A stretch of DNA of 64,000 bases. It comes from Candidatus Latescibacterota bacterium. GTDB taxonomy: Bacteria > Latescibacterota > UBA2968. The position numbers were made by a program, and so were the translations under genes. The notes beneath the pieces are model-generated. The model did not search any database. It saw only the letters and a program-made list of their open reading frames with translations, and was not told where the DNA came from. Below, piece after piece: positions 1 to 9,180 of the stretch (position 1 is its first letter; each line of letters begins with the position of its first letter). The DNA lies in NCBI GenBank assembly GCA_965222605.1, contig OZ244960.1, positions 4,128,001 through 4,192,000 on the forward strand, written 5' to 3'.

Positions 1-645
1 TACGGTCCCTCATAAATCGTGATCTGGTCTATCACAAGGGCCTGCTGTATCTTATTGACGGCTCAAAAGGCTTATATGCCGCTCTGACAAAGGCATTAGA
101 TGGCTATGTGGTCATTCAACGTTGCCAGTGGCACAAACGAGAAAATGTGAGGGCCTATCTGCCCAAAGGCAAGCAAGATGAGATTAAAAAGGCCCTACAA
201 AATGCCTACGGTCTGCTCACCTACAAAGAAGCCAAAGCTGCTCTTTATGCACTCAAACCCGAACTCACTTTGATCAATGAAGACGCGACAAAAAGCCTTG
301 AAGAAGGACTCGAAGAAACCCTGAGCCTGCACCGCCTAAGACTCATGCCGCAGTTGAAGCAATCCTTTCGTACCACCAACTGCATTGAGTCCCTCAACTC
401 AATGGTAGCGCAACTGACGAGAAATGTGAAGCGATGGACAAACTCGAATCAACGCACACGCTGGTTGGCCACTGCGCTGTTGGATATTGAACCGCGCTTG
501 CGAAGGGTTAAAGGCTTCCGAAGCCTGCCCACGCTCAGGCGCGCGCTTCAAAAGGACTTGAAGATAGATACGGACTGGCAAGACGCGCTTGCTGCTGATT
601 GAAACCACCGGCCTCGATTATTTCAACTAAAAATAGGACTTGACC
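1..645 (+). mobile_element. IS256-family insertion sequence, right part (left end outside window)
   Basis: Transposase ORF followed by a probable terminal repeat TTTCAACTAAAAATAGGACTTGACC (621-645). Sequence switches to Argonaute coding sequence right after 645. Confidence 0.8.
3..602 (+). CDS. IS256 (Mutator) family transposase, 5'-partial
   Basis: Frame is open from the window start. Motifs LIDGSKGL, QRCQWHKRENV and RTTNCIESLNS are typical of IS256 DDE transposases. Confidence 0.92.
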   Translation, partial: RSLINRDLVYHKGLLYLIDGSKGLYAALTKALDGYVVIQRCQWHKRENVRAYLPKGKQDEIKKALQNAYGLLTYKEAKAALYALKPELTLINEDATKSLEEGLEETLSLHRLRLMPQLKQSFRTTNCIESLNSMVAQLTRNVKRWTNSNQRTRWLATALLDIEPRLRRVKGFRSLPTLRRALQKDLKIDTDWQDALAAD

Positions 646-646
646 G

Positions 647-928
647 AATAAAACGACTACATATCTATTCACCACAGGTTACATGCCTGAATGGAGAACA
701 TATCCTGGACCACACATTCCCGCTCCTGTTAGACTTGTGAGCAATGATGGGGCTGACCTGCACCGGGTTGCGTCGGATATTTTAGGGCTTGCACGCATGA
801 ACTGGAATACTGCAAGCATCAACAATGCCCACCCGGTAACCCTCTTTTTTTCTCGGCGAGTCGGTGGCATCATGGCCGAAGTGGGAGAAGACCAGCAACC
901 GCTTCCGTCCTTCCGTTATTATATGTAA
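647..928 (+). pseudogene. 3' fragment of a prokaryotic Argonaute (PIWI C-terminus) cut off by IS256
   Basis: Reads YLFTTGYMPEWRTYPGPHIPAP...ILGLARMNWNT...PVTLFFSRRVG...FRYYM*, matching pAgo PIWI C-termini. The frame starts at the IS end (in-frame TGA at 641-643). Confidence 0.85.
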
Positions 929-1274
929 AATCAACCTAATGGCATCAAAGCCGCTAAAAAATTTAAAAAAAGAACCAAACCGATTTCTTCCACCTTCGGC
1001 AGTAAAAGGGCCACATCCAAATCCTTAATCAAAGAACAACAATTCACTACGTTGTTCCCGATAAGAAATACAAGTTTACCGACTCATAAGAACAGGTTCG
1101 CGCAAGATACTATTGAAAAACGACAATATCCGTTTAAGCGCATCCTTTCACACACCCTCTGTTTATCGGCAAAATTTTGTACAAGACCTCTGATATTGTG
1201 TTATACGAAAAAATGCCGTATATATAAGCCGTGGAACAAAAAAGAAATAACAGCAAAGAAAGGAGGATGAGAAG

Positions 1275-1517
1275 ATGAGTGTATCATCTGCTTACCTGGA
1301 AATCATCGATTTTATTGCAGAGGGGATAACCCCCGAAGATTTGGTAGCTTTTCATCCATCTGAAACTGCCAAAAAGCAAGTCGCAGATCTGGTCTATCGC
1401 GAGAAAACAACAGGACTTACTGCAGAAGAGACGGCTGAACTCAATCATTATTTGGAACTTGAGCATCTGATGCGTCTTGCTAAGGCTCGTACTCGCCACT
1501 ATTTGAAAGATGAGTAA
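1275..1517 (+). CDS. Small helical protein, possible antitoxin/partner of the HNH nuclease
   Basis: 80 aa, AGGAGG upstream, stop overlaps the HNH start region. Confidence 0.75.
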   Translation: MSVSSAYLEIIDFIAEGITPEDLVAFHPSETAKKQVADLVYREKTTGLTAEETAELNHYLELEHLMRLAKARTRHYLKDE

Positions 1518-1953
1518 AACCTATATCAGCGTTGCCTTGCGACAACTTGTGATAACACGCGCCATGGGGCTGTGCGAGTACTGCCTGATTCACGAAGATG
1601 ATGCCTATTTTGGATGCGAAATTGATCACATCATTAGTGTGAAACATGGCGGACCAACAGAAGATAGCAATCTGGCCTATGCGTGTTTGTTCTGCAATCG
1701 CAACAAGGGTAGTGACATTGGGTCTATCGTGAGACAAACGGGGCAATTTTGTCGTTTTTTTAATCCACGTATTGATCATTGGGCAGACCATTTCGCTTTG
1801 AACGGCGTGAGAATTGATACCCTTACAGAAATAGGCGAAGTGACTGCTCGTATTTTGGATTTCAATTATATAGACCGTTTAATTGAGCGTCAGGAATTGG
1901 AGACATTTGGCTATTATCCTCCTCCTGACGCTCTTATATTAATCTCAAGGTAG
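1510..1953 (+). CDS. HNH endonuclease
   Basis: CEYC...EIDHIISVKHGG...NLAYACLFCNRNKG zinc-finger HNH motif. Confidence 0.92.
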   Translation: MSKTYISVALRQLVITRAMGLCEYCLIHEDDAYFGCEIDHIISVKHGGPTEDSNLAYACLFCNRNKGSDIGSIVRQTGQFCRFFNPRIDHWADHFALNGVRIDTLTEIGEVTARILDFNYIDRLIERQELETFGYYPPPDALILISR

Positions 1954-2040
1954 CAGATCGCCTGAGTTGTATCGGATTCTACCCACATCAGAACTGACAG
2001 ACGAAAAAAAGTCGCGTTCATTTTGAAAGGAGTTCTCATT

Positions 2041-3249
2041 ATGACTATGCCGATCACCCCATCTCTTAGCGAGCAACAGATTGCGGATTACTATGAGGAT
2101 GGTTATCTGATTATTCGCAATGTGTTATCCGCGACTGAAGCGAAGGAACTTCGTCGCGTCGTGCAAGAACAGGTCAAACGCGGTGCGTACCCACCAAAGC
2201 TCACCTATCCCGCGCCGGCGAAGTACACAGTCAGTGGCAACAGGCTGGCAGAGCCAGGGCTTACCTCGATTGCCGAGCATCCGACGGTTATTGGTGCCGT
2301 AGAGTCCGTGCTGGGTCAACCCGCGCATTTGACGGCTTTTGTCGCGTATTTGCGGACGCCGGGGGATAAGGGGGGTGGTGCCCACTGCGATTACAAACGG
2401 TGGCGTCCCGTGGGTTCGTCGATGAACTGGGTGTTTGCCATTATTCCGTTGACTGATTTCGATCCGGTGTATGGCCCCTTTCTGGTATCGCCCAGGTCGC
2501 ACAAACTGACGCGGGTAATCGACGAGGAGGCACATATCTTAGATGTCAACCGTCCCGATGCGAGCCAATTGCCGGATTTTATTGATCCGGAACTCAAAGC
2601 GGGGGATTTGCTGATTGTCAACGAGCATGTCTGGCATGAAGCACCTGCCGGTACGAGTACAGAAGACCGTTGCGGTATTTTCAATAAGTATTGTGCGGCA
2701 AACGCGCCTCCTGCGGCGGGATATTATCCGTACAATTCCGCGGCACTTGAGGCTTTGAGCGATGATGGGAAACGGCTTATCCCAGTCTGTTTTGACAAGC
2801 CGATTGAGACGACACGTTTGCTTATCGAGTGTCCGAACGGCGGGGAACCGAGGTTCTTGCTGCGACGCGATGATGAAACGAAGCGCTGGGAGTTGCCGGG
2901 AGGCGAGGGGTGGGAAGAGGAGAAACTGGTCGGCTGGGATATTGGCGCGCGGGTCGGCTCTTTGCAAGCTCTTACCAGAACGCAGCTCGAGCTGGAGGTG
3001 CCGTGGATGTCCTATATTGAGGATGTGGAAGAGGAAGATGGTGTTTGTCGAGTTTATGGCTTCTCGGATGAAAACATAGACGCCGATGCGCTGGCAAATG
3101 GGCACTGCGACTGGTTCACCAGAGCACAGATCCAACAGCATCTCGGCGAGAGTGACGCGATTTGTCGCGCTGTTGAGCTGTGGCAGCGAGCAGATATTAT
3201 TCGCGGCAAAGGCAAGGCATGCAATCAGAGTAAAAGTCAGTTTGAGTAA
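2041..3249 (+). CDS. Phytanoyl-CoA dioxygenase (PhyH) family 2OG-Fe(II) oxygenase with C-terminal NUDIX-like domain
   Basis: YYEDGYLIIRNVL start, HCD and WH iron ligands, R for 2OG binding. C-terminal FLLRR...WELPGG resembles a NUDIX fold. AAGGAG RBS before 2041. Confidence 0.8.
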   Translation: MTMPITPSLSEQQIADYYEDGYLIIRNVLSATEAKELRRVVQEQVKRGAYPPKLTYPAPAKYTVSGNRLAEPGLTSIAEHPTVIGAVESVLGQPAHLTAFVAYLRTPGDKGGGAHCDYKRWRPVGSSMNWVFAIIPLTDFDPVYGPFLVSPRSHKLTRVIDEEAHILDVNRPDASQLPDFIDPELKAGDLLIVNEHVWHEAPAGTSTEDRCGIFNKYCAANAPPAAGYYPYNSAALEALSDDGKRLIPVCFDKPIETTRLLIECPNGGEPRFLLRRDDETKRWELPGGEGWEEEKLVGWDIGARVGSLQALTRTQLELEVPWMSYIEDVEEEDGVCRVYGFSDENIDADALANGHCDWFTRAQIQQHLGESDAICRAVELWQRADIIRGKGKACNQSKSQFE

Positions 3250-3291
3250 AAAGCAAATCAACGGAGTGGTGTACAATTGCGATAACACAAT

Positions 3292-3318
3292 GTAGGGGCG
3301 GTGCCCCCGTGCCCGCCC
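3292..3318 (+). repeat. GTAG-type REP-like palindrome between convergent genes
   Basis: GTAG followed by the imperfect GC hairpin GGGCG...CGCCC. Only one copy in the window. Confidence 0.5.
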
Positions 3319-3349
3319 GTTGGATGGCGGGGTGGGATCACCCATTCGT

Positions 3350-4624
3350 CTATTCGCGCAGTTCTTTTTTAAACACGACGACGCGATTGGTGTTTGTCCC
3401 TTTTTTTAAATTATCGACGCCCCAAACATTGGCGGTTTTGGTGAATTTTTGGTCGTTGATTAAGACCAGCAATGGCGTAAGTCCAGCTTCGATACCGCAC
3501 GGGATAACCGCTTCTTCGAGTTTGACTTTGCCGTGTCTGACTTCACCGACTTCAAAGGCGATATGTCCTCCGGGTTTCAAAACGCGCTCTAATTCGCGGA
3601 AAATCTTTGTCATTTCGCGTTGCCACTGCTCGACTTTTCTCGCCATGGTGATGGGAACAGCCGCGGGGTCTATCCCGCAAAACCAGCATCGCAACCAATT
3701 GTCCTGTGCGTAGTTGACGACATCGAGAAATGGTGGGGAGGTTATGACAAGGGCGATGGAGTTGGAGGCAATTTCGGGGACACTATGTGCTGGTTGGGTG
3801 AGGAATTGCGTTTGGGGAAAGACGCCTGTTAGGGTATGCCGAGTTTGTTCGTCGCAGTGTTTCAAAAGGGCGCGCGTTTTTTTTAAGATGAGGTTTTTGA
3901 CATCTCGCAATGGCGGTGCTTGATTTCTCTTCTGGTTGATTTTTTTTTGTGAATCAACGGAGACCGCCTGGTTAGGGGGCAGGGTATAAACGGAGAAAAA
4001 GCCGGATGAGTGACCCGTTAATCTGTTCATTGCGACCACGCGAAGCCATTGATCGATCCAGCTGCCGGTTTTTTCTTTAAGATATTTTTTTAAAGCACAA
4101 ATCTGCTTGAGGGTTTCCGGGTGATAAAAGACCCGTAGTTCTTCTGGATATTCATCGACATCTTCGAGTTCTATACGGGATAGTCTGTCGGCGACTTGAT
4201 CAATGGTGGGTGGATTCAGGCGGGGGAGCGTGAGGATTACACTCAATGGATTGACGTCGCATCCTATGGGAACGCGACCTAAAAGTGCGGATTCGATAAG
4301 TGTTGTACCCCGTCCGGCAAAGGGGTCATAAACCGCGTCGCCCGGTGTGGTTAATCGTTCGATAAAGAATCTGGGGAGTTGAGGCTTGAAGCACGCTCGA
4401 TATGATATTTCGTGGAGTGCGTTGGCCGCTCTTTGTTTTGAGGTCCAAAATTCGTTTATGTAAGTTTCAATGCGAACCCGCTCGCAATCAGTCGCGGCTT
4501 CCGTAGAAGTCACAATTGTATCTTTGCCGAATGCGTTGAAATCCGCCAATTCCCGTTTGAGCCTGTCAGATGCAGGGGATTTGGAGCGCGTGTTTATCAT
4601 TAATGTCAGTTGTTTTGCAGTCAT
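3350..4624 (-). CDS. Site-specific DNA methyltransferase (N4-cytosine/N6 family), orphan
   Basis: SAM-binding motif YDPFAGRGTT and catalytic motif ITSPPF. No adjacent restriction gene. Confidence 0.88.
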   Translation of the reverse strand: MTAKQLTLMINTRSKSPASDRLKRELADFNAFGKDTIVTSTEAATDCERVRIETYINEFWTSKQRAANALHEISYRACFKPQLPRFFIERLTTPGDAVYDPFAGRGTTLIESALLGRVPIGCDVNPLSVILTLPRLNPPTIDQVADRLSRIELEDVDEYPEELRVFYHPETLKQICALKKYLKEKTGSWIDQWLRVVAMNRLTGHSSGFFSVYTLPPNQAVSVDSQKKINQKRNQAPPLRDVKNLILKKTRALLKHCDEQTRHTLTGVFPQTQFLTQPAHSVPEIASNSIALVITSPPFLDVVNYAQDNWLRCWFCGIDPAAVPITMARKVEQWQREMTKIFRELERVLKPGGHIAFEVGEVRHGKVKLEEAVIPCGIEAGLTPLLVLINDQKFTKTANVWGVDNLKKGTNTNRVVVFKKELRE

Positions 4625-4727
4625 ATATGTGTTCGTTATAGAGAAGTTTACCCCAAGTATTTATAGATACAAAACTGCCTGGTGTCAAGGAGGAGGGAAT
4701 ATTCCATTCGGTGCATGAAAACGGATT

Positions 4728-6710
4728 ATGAATATTTTTATCAAAAAGAAAATATGTCGCGATCTCGATCCGGCAATGGGACGGGAGTGGCTTGAAACCA
4801 ATGGTCTGGGTGGTTTTGCGTGTTCGACTATCATCGGGATGAACACGCGGCGGTACCACGGCTTGCTCATTCCCGCACAAAATGAGTTGCACGGTCGATT
4901 TGTCGCGCTGTCCAAATTTGAGGAAACGCTCGTTGCGCCCGGTATAGGGACTTTTGAACTGAGTAGTAATTGCTATTTTGGCGATATCCATCCGCACGGT
5001 TACAGCTATCTCGAAAACGTTCGTTTAGATCCCTACCCGATCTTTACCTATTGCGTTGGCGACTTGTGTTTTGAAAAGCAAATTTTTATGGTTTACGGTC
5101 ACAATACCACTGTGGTCGCGTATGGCCCCTTTGATCGTCCTGTTATGCTTACGCTGCGACCACTCGCGGCTTTCCGAGATTACCATCACCTGACGCACCA
5201 GAATTCTTTGCTCAATGGCGATGTCGATGTTCGCGATGGCCTGATGAGTTTTCAGCCTTATCCCGAATTTCCGCCTTTGTATATCGCGCACAATGGAGAA
5301 TTTCAATCGCGTGGCGATTGGTATTACAATTTTGAATATGTCGTTGAAGCCTATCGCGGCCTCGATAATCGGGAAGATTTGTATTGCCCCGGAGAATTTA
5401 CCTTTGATCTCGAAACGGGTGAATCCGCGCACTTGCTCGGCAGCCTTGAACGGGGTACTTGCGATCAGGTGAACGCGCTTCGGCAGGCTGAGATAGATCG
5501 GAGAAATAAAATTGTCCAAACAGTTCCCAAATGTACGGGGCTCAGTCTGAGTGCAGATGCCTTTCTCGTCAAGCGCAGCGACGCATGCGCCACCATTATC
5601 GCGGGTTATCCCTGGTTTACGGATTGGGGCCGCGATACGATGATCGCGCTGCCCGGTCTCGCGCTGGTGACCGGACGATTTGACGAAGCCCGCGACATTC
5701 TCGCTGCTTATGCGCGTTTCTGCGATAAGGGGATGATTCCAAACCGATTTCCCGATTGCGGTGATATACCCGAGTACAATAGTGTGGATGCAACGCTGTG
5801 GTATGTCTATGCGGTGGATCGCTTTTTGGCGTACACAGATGATTATAATTTTGTGCGTGAAACTCTCTGGCCGGTGCTACAAGAGATCATCCACTATTTT
5901 GTTCGGGGAACGCGCTATAACATCCATCTGGATTGCGATGGATTGCTCTATGCCGGGGAACCCGGTGTGCAACTCACATGGATGGATGCCAAGGTCGAAA
6001 ACTGGGTCGTTACCCCGAGGCAGGGCAAACCCGTTGAAGTCAATGCGCTGTGGTACAACGCGCTGTGTGTGATGCGGGACCTGGCTGATAGATATGGCGA
6101 ACCCAATCTCAGCACTGAATACGCCGGGCTTGCTGAAAAAATAGCTGCGCGCTTTGCCGACGCATTTTGGAACCCCGGTGCCGGATGTCTGTACGACTGT
6201 CTGATCGATACGGTGCCCGATGCGGCGATTCGCCCGAACCAGATCTTTGCCCTTAGTCTGCCGCATCGCATGCTCGACGCCGGGCGTGAACGCAGTATTC
6301 TCGATGTGGTCGAACGCGAGTTGCTCACGCCTTATGGTTTGCGAAGCCTGTCGCCATCCGACGCGGCATATAGGGGTACTTATGGCGGGGATCCGTATAG
6401 TCGCGATAGTGCGTATCACCAGGGGACGGTTTGGGCATGGCTTATGGGGCCATTCATCACTTCATGGGTTCGCATTCACAGAAAAGAGGCAGATGTCCAT
6501 ACTAATGCAAGACACATGTTGTGCCCTTTGTTGCGCCAGGTTGAAGAATCGGGCCTGGGACATATTTCTGAAATTTTCGATGGCGATCCTCCCCATGCAT
6601 CTCGCGGCTGTTTTGCCCAGGCGTGGAGCACGGCCGAAGTCTTGCGCGCTTTTGTAGAAGATGTGCTTGACCAGGGACCGGAAAAAAATGAAATAGAGGT
6701 GGCAGTATGA
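4728..6710 (+). CDS. Glycogen debranching enzyme (amylo-alpha-1,6-glucosidase, GDE_N + GDE_C)
   Basis: EWLETNGLGGFA, TRRYHGLL, IIAGYPWFTDWGRDTMI, LTWMDAK, YHQGTVW, GCFAQAWS. Confidence 0.93.
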   Translation: MNIFIKKKICRDLDPAMGREWLETNGLGGFACSTIIGMNTRRYHGLLIPAQNELHGRFVALSKFEETLVAPGIGTFELSSNCYFGDIHPHGYSYLENVRLDPYPIFTYCVGDLCFEKQIFMVYGHNTTVVAYGPFDRPVMLTLRPLAAFRDYHHLTHQNSLLNGDVDVRDGLMSFQPYPEFPPLYIAHNGEFQSRGDWYYNFEYVVEAYRGLDNREDLYCPGEFTFDLETGESAHLLGSLERGTCDQVNALRQAEIDRRNKIVQTVPKCTGLSLSADAFLVKRSDACATIIAGYPWFTDWGRDTMIALPGLALVTGRFDEARDILAAYARFCDKGMIPNRFPDCGDIPEYNSVDATLWYVYAVDRFLAYTDDYNFVRETLWPVLQEIIHYFVRGTRYNIHLDCDGLLYAGEPGVQLTWMDAKVENWVVTPRQGKPVEVNALWYNALCVMRDLADRYGEPNLSTEYAGLAEKIAARFADAFWNPGAGCLYDCLIDTVPDAAIRPNQIFALSLPHRMLDAGRERSILDVVERELLTPYGLRSLSPSDAAYRGTYGGDPYSRDSAYHQGTVWAWLMGPFITSWVRIHRKEADVHTNARHMLCPLLRQVEESGLGHISEIFDGDPPHASRGCFAQAWSTAEVLRAFVEDVLDQGPEKNEIEVAV

Positions 6711-8312
6711 GCGAAATAGATCAAAACGGCCATGCGCTAGTTGTGACAAAATGGGGACGCATTGAGATCGATTTCGAGAGTGATAAAGACTACGAAAATC
6801 CCATTCAAGAAGCGGCATTGCAGGTGGTGTTTACTTCGCCGTTTGGGTCGGTCTATAATGTGATGGGATTTTGGGATGGCGGGCGGCAATGGCGCGTGCG
6901 TTTTTGTCCAGATGAAGAGGGCGAGTGGTCGTATGCGACATTTTTTTCAGATGCGGAAAACGCGGAATTGCACAATCGCGAGGGGCGTTTTATATGTGGG
7001 CCATCGCAGACGAGCAGTGAATTTGATGTACACGGTCCCATTGCGCTGTCCGCAAACAGGCGGCATTTTATTTATGCCGATGAGAAGCCGTTTTTCTTTA
7101 TGGCAGATACGGCGTGGAATGGGTGTTTGCGGGCGACGCGAGATGAATGGCGCTATTATCTCAGCGAGCGCGTGCGGCAGGGGTTTAATACCGTACAATG
7201 GGTGGCTACGCAGTGGCGGGCGGCTCCAGATGGCGATATCGAGGGCAATCTGGCGTTTTTTGGCGTGGAAAAGATCGCAATAAATCCGGCCTTTTTTCAG
7301 CGTTTGGATGACTGGGTGGATATGATCTTTCAGGCGGGCCTGGTTAATGCGCCCGTGATGTTGTGGGCACTGGGGGGGCGTAATCATCCGGAAAAGAGTC
7401 CGGGCGTCTCGTTGTCAGAGGATCAGTTGATCCTGTTGGCTGAGTATATGGTCGCGCGCTGGGCGTGTTATCCCGTGGTGTGGATTTTGGGTGGGGATGG
7501 CAATTACGATGGTGAGAATGCCGAGCGATGGCAGCGCGTTGGGCGAGCGGTTTTCGGGAAAGGTCCTCACGCGCCTGTGGCGATGCACAGTTCGGGACGG
7601 CGATTTCCTGCTGATGAATTTCGGTCTGAAAATTGGCTCGATGTGGTGGGCTATCAAAGCGGGCACGGTGACAGTGACGAGACTTTGCAGTGGATTGTGA
7701 CGGGCCCCCCCTTCAGAAGATTGGAAAAAGACACCGCGCCAATTTTATATTAATATGGAGCCTGCTTATGAAAATCACGTGGCGTATCATTCAAAGCGGC
7801 CACACGATGCAGCGTCGGTTAGAAAGGCAATGTACTGGAGCCTGCTCAATGCGCCAACCGCTGGCGTGACTTATGGGGGGCATGGTGTATGGGGGTGGGA
7901 CGATGGCAGCGGCCCGCCCGTTGATCATCCCAATTCGGGAACGCCTCTGCCCTGGCATGATGCGTTGCTGATGGATGGGGCAGAGCAAGTGCGCCATCTT
8001 GTGGATGCATTTGATTCGATTGGGTGGTGGAGATTGCGTCCGTCGCCAGAGTTATTGGGCGTGCAGCCCGGACGGGAAGATGTACACAAACACATTTTGA
8101 TTTCTAAATCTGTGGAAAACGATCTCGTGGTGGCCTATACACCACAGGGCGAGGCGGTGGAGGTGAAGATGGCGGGGCTGTCACCACATCTTCGAGGTAT
8201 CTGGTACAATCCGCGCGATGGCGATGTGGAAGCAGCAGAAGTACGCGAGGGTAATGGCAGGCGTATTTACGAAGCACCGGGAGATGGCGACTGGCTCCTG
8301 GTTTTGGCATAA
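6707..8312 (+). pseudogene. DUF5060-DUF4038-collagen-binding-domain glycoside hydrolase (GH140/apiosidase-like), split by a 1-nt frameshift
   Basis: GFWDGGRQWRVRF, FFFMADTAW, YQSGH in ORF 6707-7753 and EPAYE, GVTYG in ORF 7755-8312. Removing one C from the C7 run (7705-7711) joins them as GPPSEDWKKTPRQFYINMEPAYE. Confidence 0.8.
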
Positions 8313-8321
8313 GGAGATGAT

Positions 8322-9161
8322 ATGGCTCACACTTTTGAACAGAATTACACAGTGTCTTATAAGGTTCTCAGTCCCAATACCCGCGGATCAGACCACCATT
8401 ACGAAATAGATGTCTGTGCATCGGCAGAGGAATTGCAGCAATTTGATCGGGAAGGGTATCTGGTGCGCGAGGGATTGTTCGCGGGCGAGGACTTGAAAGC
8501 ACTGCAAGACGCGCTGGATCGGTTGGAAGAGCGGGAATCGGGTGCGTTTCGAGATACTGGAAAGCGGTCCTGGGGGCGTATTCCGCGGCATTTGATGGAT
8601 AAAGATCCGGTGTTTTTGGATTTGTTGAAATTTCCGCCTGTGTTATCTATCGCGCGGGCGATGATGGGGCCGCTGGTCAGGCTTCGGGGACTGAGCGCGC
8701 GGATCAGTTATCCGGCTGCGGCACCTCATCAGACCCCATGGCACCAGCATTTGCGCGTGGTTTCCTATCCTTTGCCTCCGTGGTTTTCCAGACCTCACGG
8801 GTTGGATGCTTTGATTTATCTGGATGATTTGAATGATGATACGGGGGCTGTGGGAATTGTGCCTGGGTCGCACAATTGGTTGGACAGAGCACCGCCCCCC
8901 GATACTTATGAGCTAGTCGAAGGTGAGCTTGTGGTTCGCGTGAAGGCCGGGGGCGGCGTATTGATTCACAGCAATTTGTGGCATCGCGGATTGCCGACGT
9001 TGAGGACAAAGCGCAGGATGTTGATTTTGAGTTATACGCCGACCTGGTTGCGCCGATCACCACACGGTGGGTCGCCTCCCGATGATGGGTTGACGCAGGC
9101 GATTTTAGAGGGCGATGACGAAGAGGCGCGTATTTTGTTGGGCAAAGGTGGATATACATGA
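8322..9161 (+). CDS. Phytanoyl-CoA dioxygenase (PhyH) family protein
   Basis: [12 protein letters not shown] (HxH in place of HxD), IYLDD, VPGSH, NLWHRG. AAGGAG RBS. Confidence 0.85.
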   Translation: MAHTFEQNYTVSYKVLSPNTRGSDHHYEIDVCASAEELQQFDREGYLVREGLFAGEDLKALQDALDRLEERESGAFRDTGKRSWGRIPRHLMDKDPVFLDLLKFPPVLSIARAMMGPLVRLRGLSARISYPAAAPHQTPWHQHLRVVSYPLPPWFSRPHGLDALIYLDDLNDDTGAVGIVPGSHNWLDRAPPPDTYELVEGELVVRVKAGGGVLIHSNLWHRGLPTLRTKRRMLILSYTPTWLRRSPHGGSPPDDGLTQAILEGDDEEARILLGKGGYT

Positions 9162-9180
9162 GTTTTCAAAGGAGTGGTAT

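Noticed and set aside
929-1270. Open frame continuing after the Argonaute stop (includes ORF 1052-1270)
   Set aside because: Lys-rich, no RBS and no recognisable motif. Probably intergenic or promoter sequence.
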